From a virus, in the IMG/VR virus record IMGVR_UViG_3300027782_000054, positions 31,175 through 95,174 of that record: DNA of 64,000 bases. One strand, written 5' to 3'. The position numbers were made by a program, and so were the translations under genes. Below the pieces are notes generated by a model, which ran no database searches, had not been told where the DNA came from, and was given only the letters and a program-made list of their open reading frames with translations. This document shows, piece after piece, positions 38,040 through 49,300 of the stretch (the stretch's first letter is position 1; each line of letters starts with the position of its first letter).

Positions 38040-39328
38040 TGGAAAAGATTAAGGTATTGGCTTGGGGCGATTTTTGTTGTTCTACGGGTTTCTCAACTGT
38101 GATGTCTAATATATGGAAGAGATTAGATGCAACTGGTAAGTATGATCTTGATGTAGTTGGAATCAACTACAGTGGCGATCCATACGATAAAGAGAAGTTC
38201 CCAGGTAATGTATTTACTGCCATGAGCGCTTTGAATCTAAAGCCGCCCTACAATGATCCATATGGTAGACAGAAGCTTCTTGATCTTCTCTCAGCAGGTC
38301 AATATGATATTGTATTCCTCTTGCAGGATACTTTCATTCTCCAGACTATAATGAAACAACTTTTGGAGTTACAGTCTACTCTAGAAAAGCCCTTCAAGAC
38401 CGTCTACTACTATCCAATTGATTCTACTCCAAAGAAAGACTGGATAACAGATGCAGTTGTTCCGTCTAATTATCCAGTAGCCTATACTCAATATGGTTAT
38501 GATGAATGTGTTAAGATAGCTCCTGATCTTGCTGATAGGTTGAGCATCATCTATCATGGGAACAGCTTCGATAACTATAACTACATTGAAGATAGGGAGT
38601 CCGTCAAGGCATTTAGATATTCAGCATTTAGAGGAGAGACTGATAACAAGTTCCTCATTGTTAATGTAAATAGAAATCAGAGACGTAAAGATGTTGCCCG
38701 TTCACTTATGATTTTAAAAGAGATCAAGGATCGTGGGGTTAATGATGCTATTCTCTATATGCACATGGCTCACGAAGATGTTGGTGGCAATATTGTTGAT
38801 ATGGCAAATAGCCTTGATCTTAAGATGGGCGTAGACTATGTTGTACCAGAGAACTTCTCTGTACACAGCGGCTTTCCTGAGGAAGTCGTCAACCTTATCT
38901 ACAACTCTGCTGACGCATTCCTGACTACCACTCATGGTGAAGGATGGGGTCTATCTGTGACAGAGGCTATGTCTACCAAGACTCCTGTGGTCGCTCCTAA
39001 CAATACGTCATTGACTGAGATGCTTGCAGACAACAGAGCGTTCTTAATCGACTCAGGCGCAGATCCCTCTATGTGGATTATCAAGGATAGTGACAATGAT
39101 CGTTTGCGTCCTCTAATGGATGTTAAGCAGGCAGCAGATAGACTCTTGGATATCAAGAATGGTATTCTCCCAGATATTGAGGGTGCCTATGAATGGGTCA
39201 GTAATCTCACCTGGGATAACATTGCAAAGCAATGGGAAGATCTCATCGACAAGGCTCATTCAAAGCCATTGGTCAAGGCATATGTAGGTCTTAATAGAGA
39301 ACAGAGAAGAAAGAACAAAGTTAAATGA
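38039..39328 (+). CDS. Glycosyltransferase family 4
   Basis: STGFS, VNRNQRRK and GEGWGLSVTEAM motifs. Confidence 0.88.
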   Translation: MEKIKVLAWGDFCCSTGFSTVMSNIWKRLDATGKYDLDVVGINYSGDPYDKEKFPGNVFTAMSALNLKPPYNDPYGRQKLLDLLSAGQYDIVFLLQDTFILQTIMKQLLELQSTLEKPFKTVYYYPIDSTPKKDWITDAVVPSNYPVAYTQYGYDECVKIAPDLADRLSIIYHGNSFDNYNYIEDRESVKAFRYSAFRGETDNKFLIVNVNRNQRRKDVARSLMILKEIKDRGVNDAILYMHMAHEDVGGNIVDMANSLDLKMGVDYVVPENFSVHSGFPEEVVNLIYNSADAFLTTTHGEGWGLSVTEAMSTKTPVVAPNNTSLTEMLADNRAFLIDSGADPSMWIIKDSDNDRLRPLMDVKQAADRLLDIKNGILPDIEGAYEWVSNLTWDNIAKQWEDLIDKAHSKPLVKAYVGLNREQRRKNKVK

Positions 39329-40137
39329 AGCTATCTATAGTTACCGGTGTATGTGGTCGTAATGAAATTACTCGCAGATGGCTCGATAGCACTATAGCCA
39401 ACTGCTCTCAGCCACATGAGCTTGTCATCGTCAGCAATGGCTCCACAGATGAAGAAGATCTTCAGTTAGATACATGGCTTGATGAACTTAGTTCTGAAGG
39501 CTGGAAGACTTTTAAGGTAGAAAGCGCAGATCCCCTTGGCTCTACCATCGCCTTGAATCTTGGTATTGAACATGCCACCGGCGACATTATAGCAATGCTC
39601 CATAATGATCTATTGGTAAAAGACAAGGGCTGGGATATTCAGTTAATTGACTTTTATGAAAATACTCCTAATGTGGGAGTAGTCGGCTTTGCTGGTGCCA
39701 AAGGATTAGGCTCCCCAGATATATACAAGACTCCATATGTACTTGTCCAGCTTGCAAGGAATACAGTCTATACGTCACTTCATGATTGGCAGAGTCATGG
39801 TATGCATTGTGTACAGCCTACAAAGATTCTTGTATTAGATGGACTCACTATTTGTGCAAAGAAAGAAGATCTTATTAGACTTGGCGGATTTGATGAACAG
39901 TATGTACATCATATGTACGACAATGACATCAGCCTTACTTTTGCTTATGCTGGTCTAGATAACTATGTTATCCCAGTTCTTTGTGAACATCTAAACGGTC
40001 AGACCGCTAACTTTGCAGCATACAATGAATGGGTTAAAAAGACTCATACAGAGGATGCAGATGGTGGCATTCATAGAATTAGCCACAAGCTATTCTATGA
40101 CAAATGGATAGGAAAGCTACCAGCTAGAGTACAGTGA
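39325..40137 (+). CDS. Glycosyltransferase family 2
   Basis: VIVSNGSTD, NLG...ATGDIIAMLHND and GGFDE..HHMYDNDIS motifs. Confidence 0.88.
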   Translation: MKLSIVTGVCGRNEITRRWLDSTIANCSQPHELVIVSNGSTDEEDLQLDTWLDELSSEGWKTFKVESADPLGSTIALNLGIEHATGDIIAMLHNDLLVKDKGWDIQLIDFYENTPNVGVVGFAGAKGLGSPDIYKTPYVLVQLARNTVYTSLHDWQSHGMHCVQPTKILVLDGLTICAKKEDLIRLGGFDEQYVHHMYDNDISLTFAYAGLDNYVIPVLCEHLNGQTANFAAYNEWVKKTHTEDADGGIHRISHKLFYDKWIGKLPARVQ

Positions 40138-41099
40138 ATAAGGTAGCTTTTATTACTGGCATTACTGGACAAGATGGATCATTCTTATCTGAACTTCTTG
40201 TTGAAAAAGGCTATGAGGTTCATGGTCTAGTTCGTCTATCTACTGATAATACTCAGTATAGAAATATTGAGCATATTTTAAATAAGATTAACATCCATAA
40301 TGGAGATCTTTCCTCCGAGACTTCCATAGAGCGTATTATTGATGAGGTTATGCCAGATGAAATATATAATCTTGGCGGCATCACTAATATCAAAGATAGC
40401 TTTTCTTATCCATTAAGAACCATTGATGTTAATACTAATGGATTCCTTCGTATATTAGAGTCAGTAATGAGATATAAGCCTGAGGCTAAAGTTTACCAAG
40501 CGTCATCTTCTGAAATATTCGGCAAGCATGTCCCTGGGCTTATAAATGAAAAATTCCCAATGAACCCTGATAATCCATACGGTTGTTCAAAGTATACAAC
40601 CTATATGCTAAGTAATATTTATAAATACAAGCATAGCCTTCACATATCTAATGGGATCTTGTTTAATCACGAGAGTGAACGTCGTGAGGCTAGTTATGTA
40701 ACTCGTAAAATAACACAAGCTGCAGCCAGAATTACTTATGGTAAACAAAAATCATTAGAGCTTGGGAATATAAACTCAAGAAGAGATTGGGGCTACGCAA
40801 AAGAATATTGCGAAGCAATGTGGTTAATGCTACAACAAGAAAATCCAGATAACTATGTCATTGGAACAGGGCAGTCTTTTTCTGTTAAAGATTTTTTAGA
40901 AGAAGCTTTCTCATATGTAAACCTTGATCCTTATAAATATTTAGCATACAATAAAGAGTTGTCTCGTTCAGGACAAATTGGATATGTCTGCGCTGATGCA
41001 CGTAAAGCAAAAGATAAACTTAGTTTTGTTCCTAAAACTAACCTTAAAGAGTTAGTAGGGATTATGATGAAAAACGATTTATATATAGAAAGAAAGTAA
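40134..41099 (+). CDS. gmd: GDP-mannose 4,6-dehydratase
   Basis: FITGITGQDGS, YQASSSE, PYGCSK, GILFNHESERR...VTRKIT and RDWG motifs. Confidence 0.93.
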   Translation: MNKVAFITGITGQDGSFLSELLVEKGYEVHGLVRLSTDNTQYRNIEHILNKINIHNGDLSSETSIERIIDEVMPDEIYNLGGITNIKDSFSYPLRTIDVNTNGFLRILESVMRYKPEAKVYQASSSEIFGKHVPGLINEKFPMNPDNPYGCSKYTTYMLSNIYKYKHSLHISNGILFNHESERREASYVTRKITQAAARITYGKQKSLELGNINSRRDWGYAKEYCEAMWLMLQQENPDNYVIGTGQSFSVKDFLEEAFSYVNLDPYKYLAYNKELSRSGQIGYVCADARKAKDKLSFVPKTNLKELVGIMMKNDLYIERK

Positions 41100-41308
41100 T
41101 GGATACATTAGGAAGCTTAATTGATAAACTCTCTGTTGTCAATATTAAAATTTTCCACTTGGTGGACGCAATCGAAGACAAGAATGCAGATGATATAGCT
41201 GTTGCTGCTGCAGCAAGAAAAGCACAGACTCTTAATAGAGAGAGGTCTAGTCTTATTAATGAAATCAATGAGAACTTAGGCATAAGGAATAGGATTACTA
41301 AATTATGA
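41099..41308 (+). CDS. Small helical protein, DUF4254-like
   Basis: TLGSLIDKLSVVNIKIFH...LNRERSSLINEIN pattern seen in sugar-pathway loci. Confidence 0.55.
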   Translation: MDTLGSLIDKLSVVNIKIFHLVDAIEDKNADDIAVAAAARKAQTLNRERSSLINEINENLGIRNRITKL

Positions 41309-42555
41309 ATATAGACAAGTGTAGATCATGTCAAAGTGTTGATGTAACCGATCTCCTTTCATTGGGAGATCAATATCTTTCTGACTTCAGAGAAGATGAT
41401 CAGTTGCCGCCAAAGTACCCTCTTGATCTAGTTATCTGTCAAGACTGTATGCTGGTTCAACTCAAAGAAACAACTCCTTCTCACGAACTCTATACAGACA
41501 ACTATGGATATGAGTCAGGTATTAATGAATCTATCAAAGCTGACTTAAACAGCATCGTAGCCAACGCTATTGCTATTTACAGAGGTAAAGATAAAGATCT
41601 AGATGATAAGGTCGTAGTTGATATCGGTGCGAATGATGGCACATTATTAAGTAATTATGCATATTTCGGATATCATCCCCAAAAACTAGGCATTGATCCA
41701 GTGCCGAAATTCAAAGAAAAGCTAAAGCGCCATGCTGACTACGCTCACACCGATTTCTTCAAGCACGGTATCTTTGAATCTATTTTCCCAGATCGCAAGG
41801 CTTCTATAATTACATCAATTTCGATGTTCTATGATCTTGATGATCCAAATACCTTTGTCTCAGATGTTAAAGATATCCTTGCAGATGATGGCATTTGGGT
41901 TGTGCAGCAGAATTACCTTGGAACAATGCTGTCTCAGACAGCGTATTGCAATATCTGTCATGAACATGTCGAATACTATTCATTGTATTCATTTGAAAAA
42001 CTTCTTAATAAATTTGATTTAAAGGTGTTCAAGGTCGGACAGAGTAATATTAATGGAGGTTCTTTCAGAGCCTTTATCTGTCATAAAGATACTTATGTCG
42101 AAGAAGACTCTGTTCAAGAAATGAGAGACTCTGAGATCTCTCAAGGGCTTGATAGGATCGAAGTATATAAAGAGTTTGCTGATCGAATTGAGCTTAGGGC
42201 TAATGAGCTTCATGATCTTATTGAAGATCTAGTAGAACAAGGTAAAACTGTTTATGTCTACGGTGCCTCAACTAGAGGTAATACGCTCTTGCAAGCAAGT
42301 AGATTGAATAATCATTTGCTACCGTTCGCGGTAGAGCGTAATCCTGGCAAGTGGGGAAAGAAGATAGCTTCTCTTCAAATTCCTATTATCAAGGAAGAAG
42401 AAGCCAGAGAGCATCAGCCTGACTATATGCTTGTTCTTCCATGGTTCTTCTTTTCTGAATTTGCACAAAGAGAAGCAGACTATCTTGAAAATGGTGGGTC
42501 ATTTATCCTACCATTACCAGAAGTAAGAATTGTTACGAAGGATAGTATTGACTAG
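41305..42555 (+). CDS. NDP-hexose C-methyltransferase (Zn-binding, Methyltransf_13/14 type)
   Basis: CRSC...YPLDLVICQDCMLVQL, DIGANDG, ICHEH.EYYS, YGASTRGNTL and PDYMLVLPW motifs. Confidence 0.88.
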   Translation: MNIDKCRSCQSVDVTDLLSLGDQYLSDFREDDQLPPKYPLDLVICQDCMLVQLKETTPSHELYTDNYGYESGINESIKADLNSIVANAIAIYRGKDKDLDDKVVVDIGANDGTLLSNYAYFGYHPQKLGIDPVPKFKEKLKRHADYAHTDFFKHGIFESIFPDRKASIITSISMFYDLDDPNTFVSDVKDILADDGIWVVQQNYLGTMLSQTAYCNICHEHVEYYSLYSFEKLLNKFDLKVFKVGQSNINGGSFRAFICHKDTYVEEDSVQEMRDSEISQGLDRIEVYKEFADRIELRANELHDLIEDLVEQGKTVYVYGASTRGNTLLQASRLNNHLLPFAVERNPGKWGKKIASLQIPIIKEEEAREHQPDYMLVLPWFFFSEFAQREADYLENGGSFILPLPEVRIVTKDSID

Positions 42556-43486
42556 AGTGCTTTATATCAATCATGAGTTTGCTCAATGTGGAGTTTTTCA
42601 AGCAGGAGATAGACTTGGAAATGCACTTCAAAAACATCAAAGCAAGCATGATTTTAATTATATCAATGTAAATTCATTTGAGGCGTATGCTCAAGCATTT
42701 TCTAATTATAAACCTGACCTAGTCTTAGCTAATTTCTTTCCCCCCACCATGGGATGGCTAACAGAAAATGCTGTTGCAGCGACTCCAGTACCAATCATCT
42801 CAATATGCCATGAAACATACATGTTGAACGATCTACTTAAGAAGTTTGATTACGCATCAGTACTCAATCCCTTTTATCCAACAAAAGACAAAAGGGTTCT
42901 TCTAACTAGAAATGGTTTACCAGAATATGTGCCTACCCCCACTGATCCAGAAAAAATTACTATTGGTAGTTTTGGATTCTCATTTCCCAATAAGGGTTGG
43001 CATCGTATTATGGAACAAGTTAACGAAGAGTTTGATGAAGCCCATATTAGATTCCATATGCCTCAGTCAACATTTGGAGATAGTGACGGAGCGCATACTC
43101 AAAATAGAATAAAAGAGGCAAGGGAGTTCCCATTTAAACCTGGGGTCACTATTGAATTTTCTCATGACTATAAGAATGAAAAAGATTTAATTGATTGGTT
43201 ATCTGAGAATACTGTAAATTGTTTTTTCTATGACGAATTTGGAGAAAGAGGAGTGTCTTCTACAACAGATTACGCACTTGCCTCAAGAAGGCCAATCGCC
43301 ATATCTAATTCCTCAATGTTTAATAATCTAGATGTTGAAGGGATTAGGGTTCCTGAAACGACATTGAGGCAAATCATTAAGAATGGAATCAGACCTCTTG
43401 ATCCACTTTACAAATATACAATGGATTATGTTGTTAAACAATATGAAGATTTTATAGACAGTATTATAGGTAAAAAAAATGGCTAG
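42548..43486 (+). CDS. Glycosyltransferase-like protein (GT-B)
   Basis: QCGV, IGSFGF..PNKG and GVSSTTDYALASRRPIAI motifs; operon context. Confidence 0.6.
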   Translation: MTRVLYINHEFAQCGVFQAGDRLGNALQKHQSKHDFNYINVNSFEAYAQAFSNYKPDLVLANFFPPTMGWLTENAVAATPVPIISICHETYMLNDLLKKFDYASVLNPFYPTKDKRVLLTRNGLPEYVPTPTDPEKITIGSFGFSFPNKGWHRIMEQVNEEFDEAHIRFHMPQSTFGDSDGAHTQNRIKEAREFPFKPGVTIEFSHDYKNEKDLIDWLSENTVNCFFYDEFGERGVSSTTDYALASRRPIAISNSSMFNNLDVEGIRVPETTLRQIIKNGIRPLDPLYKYTMDYVVKQYEDFIDSIIGKKNG

Positions 43487-44243
43487 AGCAGCAGTAACAT
43501 TTCCAGGTAAGGTTGGAGATATTCTTTGGAGTCTACCTACTGCAAGAGAGATTGCTAAAGAATATGGACCAGTAGATTTTTATGTCATGGAGCATTTCGC
43601 AGGTATCTGCGAATTAATCGAACATCAGCCCTATATTAATAAATGCATAGGTCTTGAAGACTGGACCGTAGATGGAAATAAATCATTGCAGGACATTAGT
43701 CCCCCTGCTTTAGCCCAAGAGTATGAGAAAGTTCATAATCTTGGATATATAGAGTATCCTAGTCAATCTCTAATAAATATTTCTCCTCTCGTCGCAGGAA
43801 TATCTTTATCAGAACCTGTTCTTCCATTTATTAATGTTGAACCTAAAGGTCAATATGATATTGTATTTGGATTCAGCGTATACGTTCAGCCAATAAAGGA
43901 AGAGTTTATCAGCAAAGTTATTTCAAGTGTTTTGCAAAAATTTCCTAACGCTACTTGGATCGATGCATCAGATATGCCCTGGAAAGAGTTTGCTGAATAT
44001 ACATCTGGCGGAAAGATTTACGTTGGCGACAAAACAGGAATGCATGTAATAGCACATGGTTTAAGTAAAAGATATATCATTGAAGCAGAAGGTAATATGG
44101 ATAGAAGAAGCCATATTTTTTCTTGCCCATATGACACTCAAAACACGATAAGGATGGACTTGCCTAATCATTATGGTATCATTGATTATCATCAAGTTTA
44201 TTCTGAGATGATAGAGCTTTGTCTAGGAGCTATATATGCTTGA
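43479..44243 (+). CDS. GT9/heptosyltransferase-like glycosyltransferase
   Basis: GKVGDILWSLP...QPYI and YVGDKTGMHVIA motifs. Confidence 0.6.
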   Translation: MARAAVTFPGKVGDILWSLPTAREIAKEYGPVDFYVMEHFAGICELIEHQPYINKCIGLEDWTVDGNKSLQDISPPALAQEYEKVHNLGYIEYPSQSLINISPLVAGISLSEPVLPFINVEPKGQYDIVFGFSVYVQPIKEEFISKVISSVLQKFPNATWIDASDMPWKEFAEYTSGGKIYVGDKTGMHVIAHGLSKRYIIEAEGNMDRRSHIFSCPYDTQNTIRMDLPNHYGIIDYHQVYSEMIELCLGAIYA

Positions 44244-44865
44244 TTACCCGATTTATTATTCTCAAGCTGGTCAAGATGGATGGGTTGTTGAGATGACTAG
44301 TTCTAAGAGAGACGGATTCTACGTAGATATTGGAGCGCACAATGGTGTTTCATCCAGTAACACCTATGAGTTAGATAAAACATATGCATGGAAAGGTATT
44401 TGTATTGAAGCTCACCCAGAAGCATTCCGACAATTAGTTGAAGCAAGGCCCAATGCTATTAATATCAATTGTGCAGCTACCGATTACAATGGTAAGTGTT
44501 TATTTGGTGGAGATAGGGTAGTTGAGGATGGAGGAGTAGAGACTCCTTGCTTCACTCTTTATTCATTACTTAAAAACAATAATGCACCTAATTTTATTGA
44601 CTATCTTTCTATTGATATAGAAGGTCACGAACCGATTGTCTTTGCTAAATTCTTTGAGGAAAATGATTGTTTTACGTTTGGCCTCATAACGGTTGAACAC
44701 AATGTATATAGCGGAGACGATACACAAAAGAAATCTTTATATAAAATATTAACTGCTAATAAATATGAAAGAGTGTTGGAAGATGTTACTGTTAGATCCA
44801 ATGATAGTTGGAATGGCCTACCGTACGAAGATTGGTATAGGAGCGTAAATTATGAGGCTATTTGA
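44236..44865 (+). CDS. FkbM-family methyltransferase
   Basis: YSQAGQD, YVDIGAHNG..SNT, W.GICIE and IDYLSIDIEGHE motifs. Confidence 0.88.
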   Translation: MLDYPIYYSQAGQDGWVVEMTSSKRDGFYVDIGAHNGVSSSNTYELDKTYAWKGICIEAHPEAFRQLVEARPNAININCAATDYNGKCLFGGDRVVEDGGVETPCFTLYSLLKNNNAPNFIDYLSIDIEGHEPIVFAKFFEENDCFTFGLITVEHNVYSGDDTQKKSLYKILTANKYERVLEDVTVRSNDSWNGLPYEDWYRSVNYEAI

Positions 44866-45418
44866 TGAAATTTATGAAAAGGTAGAAGAGTCAAGTCACG
44901 AAACAGCTTTCAATCGTGATCAAGCTAGAATATTCTATAGCATTATTAATCTAAATAAGCCTAAGGTTGTTGTTGAAATTGGTGTTCAATTTGGACGTTC
45001 TGCGACTGTCTTAGCAGAGCTACAAAAGGTTCATGGGTATGATCTTCATTTGATTGATGGTTGGATTGAAGAGGTTTCAAGCAGTGCAAGAGAGCATTTC
45101 AAAAATCAAACCGAGAAGCATGATTGGAGTTTTACCTTTTATCCTGTTAATTCTGATATTGCTATTGATGATTTAAAAAAGAATATTGATGAGATTGATT
45201 TCATCCACATTGATGGTGGTCATGAATATGAAGAAGTTAAATCTGACATCCTTCTCTATACTCCACTTGTAAAGAGTGGCGGATTCGTTGTCTTTGATGA
45301 CTATGGTCATGACTCTCTCCCTGGTGTATTTCAGGCTTGTGAAGAAGTCATGACTCCAGATAAATTTGAATTCATCGGTAGATATGCAAATAAAACTGGT
45401 GTGTACAAAAAACTATAA
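44852..45418 (+). CDS. Class I SAM O-methyltransferase (Methyltransf_24)
   Basis: VVEIGVQFGRS, DFIHIDGGHEYE.V..D and GG.VVFDDY motifs. Confidence 0.85.
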   Translation: MRLFDEIYEKVEESSHETAFNRDQARIFYSIINLNKPKVVVEIGVQFGRSATVLAELQKVHGYDLHLIDGWIEEVSSSAREHFKNQTEKHDWSFTFYPVNSDIAIDDLKKNIDEIDFIHIDGGHEYEEVKSDILLYTPLVKSGGFVVFDDYGHDSLPGVFQACEEVMTPDKFEFIGRYANKTGVYKKL

Positions 45419-45433
45419 TGATAGGAGAATAAA

Positions 45434-45607
45434 ATGATTATAGAAACTGAGCATATGGTTTGTGAGAGATGTATGGAATTTACAGAATGTAGGATTAGTA
45501 GTGGAGAGTGGTCATGTGAGGTATGTACTACCTTGCCTCATCTCGCATTAACTCCGCAGGACCTCATTGACAAAGACGCAGTTGATGATACACTTGGTGT
45601 AGAATGA
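45434..45607 (+). CDS. Small zinc-finger protein (57 aa, not in ORF track)
   Basis: AGGAG SD; CERC...CEVC. Confidence 0.5.
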   Translation: MIIETEHMVCERCMEFTECRISSGEWSCEVCTTLPHLALTPQDLIDKDAVDDTLGVE

Positions 45608-45697
45608 GCAAGAGAAGCGTTGCTATAGTTGGGTTTGCATCCCTATCTTCTCTTATCTTATCTATCATTTTTATATTTAAAAAGGAGAGAATCAAGA

Positions 45698-46294
45698 ATG
45701 GGAACCATTGAGGTAATTTGCGGTCCAATGTATAGTGGTAAGAGTGAAGAGCTTATCCGTCGTATTAGGCGTGTAGAGATTGCTGGATATGAGCCACTCG
45801 TTGTGAAGCCCATCATTGATAGTCGCTACTCATATACTGACGTAGTTAGTCACTCAGGTCTTTCAAGGGAAGCTAGTGTAGTTGAGAAGTCTTCTGACAT
45901 TATCAATAAACTTTATGGTGTTGAAGAAGTAGTCGCCATTGATGAAGTGCAGTTTTTTGATGAAGGTATCATTGATGTTATCAAGTATCTCCGTGGTGAG
46001 AAAGTTCGTGTAATCATCGCAGGACTAGATACAGATTACCGTGGAGAGCCGTTCGGTCAAATGGGTCATATCCTTGCTATTGCAGATAAGGTAGATAAGC
46101 TACAAGCTATCTGTCACCATTGTAGAGGGTTCGATGCAACCATGACTCAGCGCCTTGTAGATGGAGAGCCAGCAGAATGGGATGCAGAGACTATCGTAGT
46201 CGGAGGTAGGGAATCCTATGAGGCTCGCTGTAGGGGATGCTGGGAGGCTCCTGTGAAGACAGGGGATCATCCAGGGCAACTAACCCTATTTTAG
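45698..46294 (+). CDS. tdk: Thymidine kinase
   Basis: GPMYSGKSEEL, IDEVQFF, AGLDTDYRGEPF and Zn ligands C..C...YEARCRGC. Confidence 0.95.
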   Translation: MGTIEVICGPMYSGKSEELIRRIRRVEIAGYEPLVVKPIIDSRYSYTDVVSHSGLSREASVVEKSSDIINKLYGVEEVVAIDEVQFFDEGIIDVIKYLRGEKVRVIIAGLDTDYRGEPFGQMGHILAIADKVDKLQAICHHCRGFDATMTQRLVDGEPAEWDAETIVVGGRESYEARCRGCWEAPVKTGDHPGQLTLF

Positions 46295-46320
46295 GCTAAT
46301 TCTTTGCTATAATAGGTACA

Positions 46321-49300
46321 ATGGATGATTGCCGCGAATGTGGATACCCTATTCATATAGAAATAGGAATATGCGCTAATTGTCATAGCGATACCTTCAC
46401 TCCCCCATACAAATGGGATGGTCAAAAACCATATTGGTTCGGTGGAGATCCTGATATCAGCGCCGCTGAACCTATTGCAGATGTAGCCAGGGATCCCTTG
46501 GCTTTCTTCAATTCTTCTATTGATATATGGGAGAAGGATGCCGACTACGGCATGACTAATTTCCCGGCTTCTGATCCAGGTAGTCCAACAGACAATCTCA
46601 AGCAGAATCTAGATCCAATGTACAATGGATTGTCTTATGGAGCAGATGATGCCCCAGGACTATTGCGCCGTGTTAGAGATCGTCTTCACGATAAAACAAG
46701 AGGGCTACGTCATAAGAATAAGGGAAGAAGAGTCCGCCGTAGATATAAGAAGCCCCTCTTTCATGATGATGCAAGTCATGCAATATTGTTGCGCGATAAT
46801 AATGTCAATGTATATGCCTCAAAAGAAGAAGTACCTGCAATTTATGACATTTTACCGGGTCCTATCCCATGGGCAGAAATACCACAAAATGATGATAAGC
46901 TTGTCATTGATGATGTTATTGACTATGGAATGGTACCAGAAGATACTCAATGGAAGATTTGCGCCGTCCCATTAAAACTTTTGCCAGATATTCATTTTGA
47001 AGATTATGATGATGAGACAGGAAGCAGAGATAGAGAGTATGTAGAAGACCTTGCCGCAGCTATTAAGAGCGGAGAAGTCGATATGCCTCTTATGTGTTTC
47101 CTAGATAAGAGTGGCGGTGTAATTCTAGTTGATGGATATCATCGTACAGCGGCCCTTAATGAGCTTGGCTATGAATATGCAAAAGCATACATGCCATATG
47201 AAGATAAGAAGTTTAAGAAGATTGAGTCTAATGTAAAGATAACTGCCAGAGATCCTATTCAACAAATAGCAAACGATAATGGTTGGACATTGGAAGGATT
47301 GACCGCCAATAGTCATCGTAAGTATACCTTAACTGATCTCAATAGAATAGTCCACACTGTGATTGTTGGCGACAATCGCCATATGGGTGATCCCAGGGCG
47401 CTTAAAAATGCCACTGCTGATCTTCTTCGTTGTACGAGGGGCGGATGCATCCATGTACTTCAACAACAGAATCGCAATGTAAAGAATCCCAATGTAAAAA
47501 TTGCTCAACCTGCTATTTTAGAAGCGCCAGATATACAAATAGGTGAAATACAAGGTTTTGACTTTGAGAATTGGGCAGTATCAGATCATGGATGGCGTTC
47601 ATATTATTGGCTTCCTGCATTTGATTGTTTTAAAGACAAAGATCCTCAAATGTATCAAGATTTGATAAAAGCATACTTTTCGCCTTCCAATATAACTTGG
47701 CTAGATGCAAAAGAATTTTTGCTTCAACTAGCCCAGGGTATGATTAACAGGGATGATAATCCTCCTGGCAGTAGAGAAAAAGGCAACAAAATTATGTCTA
47801 TAGTGCAAACTGTGGCAGAGGGTCAAGAATTATCTACAACTATTCCCACAAACAATAATAATCTTGATCCAAAATGGGATTGGCTTCTAGTTATCGAAAT
47901 GGTTGATAACGCTCACGAATCTCATATAAAGATCAGTGAAGTAAAACCAGTAATCATTAAGGGTATTCATGACGATGCCAAGAAAGTCCTCCATAAGTTC
48001 TGGGAAGATCATCCTGATCTCCGCAAAGGTTGTTTAGATAAGTATGGCTATGATCCAATTGATGATGAATTGCCCTACTGGTATTATGGCCTAGCAGAGC
48101 CAGAGCATCATATGATCCTTGAGGACGTATTGAAGAATGATGGCTTCATTGATTTAGAGCAGGCCAATCGTTGGACAAAGAGTGAACTGGCCGCAGAGAA
48201 GAAAGAAGCTCACATTAAGATAAGTGAGCAAGCTTTTGATCAAGAGACGAACACTAATAGAATTATGGATATGCTGTTTCCTAAAGACATGAGTGAGCCG
48301 ATTAATGAACCACTTTATCATCTTGCTCCAACTAGTGAAAGAGCTAGAATAATGGCGCATGGTATTCAACCAAGTAAGCCCTTCGGATCAGAAAATTGGG
48401 GAGATGCCAAGGGGCTATTGAATCAACCTATGGCTGTCTATGCTGTAAAAGCGGAAGATATTGAAGAGATAAAAAAACTATATTATTGGAATAATATTAA
48501 AGAACTTGATCTGTGGGAAATCGATCCTGAGAGCGTTGGAGGAGCAAAAAGAGACAAAGTCTTAATTGGCTCTCAATCTTATACAATCCCCCATATGGTA
48601 TATGCAACACTAGTTCAGCCATACGAGAAATCTGAAGAATTCGATGAAGTCGCCTATCTAAAGGACTATCCAGATGAAAATAAGATAGAATCTGGTTGTG
48701 CGTGCGGATCAAAAGACTATGTCCTGTTAGATAAGGACAAAGTATGCAAGCACTGCCTATCACCCTGGCGCTATGCAGAAAAAGAACCGGGCTGGGGTGG
48801 ATCAGCGATGCAAAACCAACAATATAGAATGAATACTCGTGGTACCTATAATCCTATGACAGATCAATTCCAAATTCCTGTTAAGGCTATTACTGAGCGC
48901 TCAGTTCGTCAAAAAAAATGCCCCAGTTGCAATACTCGCACATTAACGAATTGTGGTGATTTCCTTTCTTGTGATCTATGTCCATTTGAATATTCCTTGG
49001 TCCAAGATAAAGAATCCAATAATGTAGCGGACAATGATTCTAGTTCTCGCTACATTCACATAGACCATGTTGATCTTGGCTCTTCATTAAAAGCAGAAAA
49101 GGACTATCAAGATACACATGAGTCATGCAAAACCTGCAAGATAAACAAGGCTGGCCTTACAGGTTATTGCCCTTCTTGCAATAAGGAACGTAAGTATGTC
49201 ACCGCCCATATTTGGGAGAAAGAAGCGGACATCACTCAGAATGATATAAGTGATAGTTTGACAAACACAACAGATTTACATGCTTTTACAGATGATACTC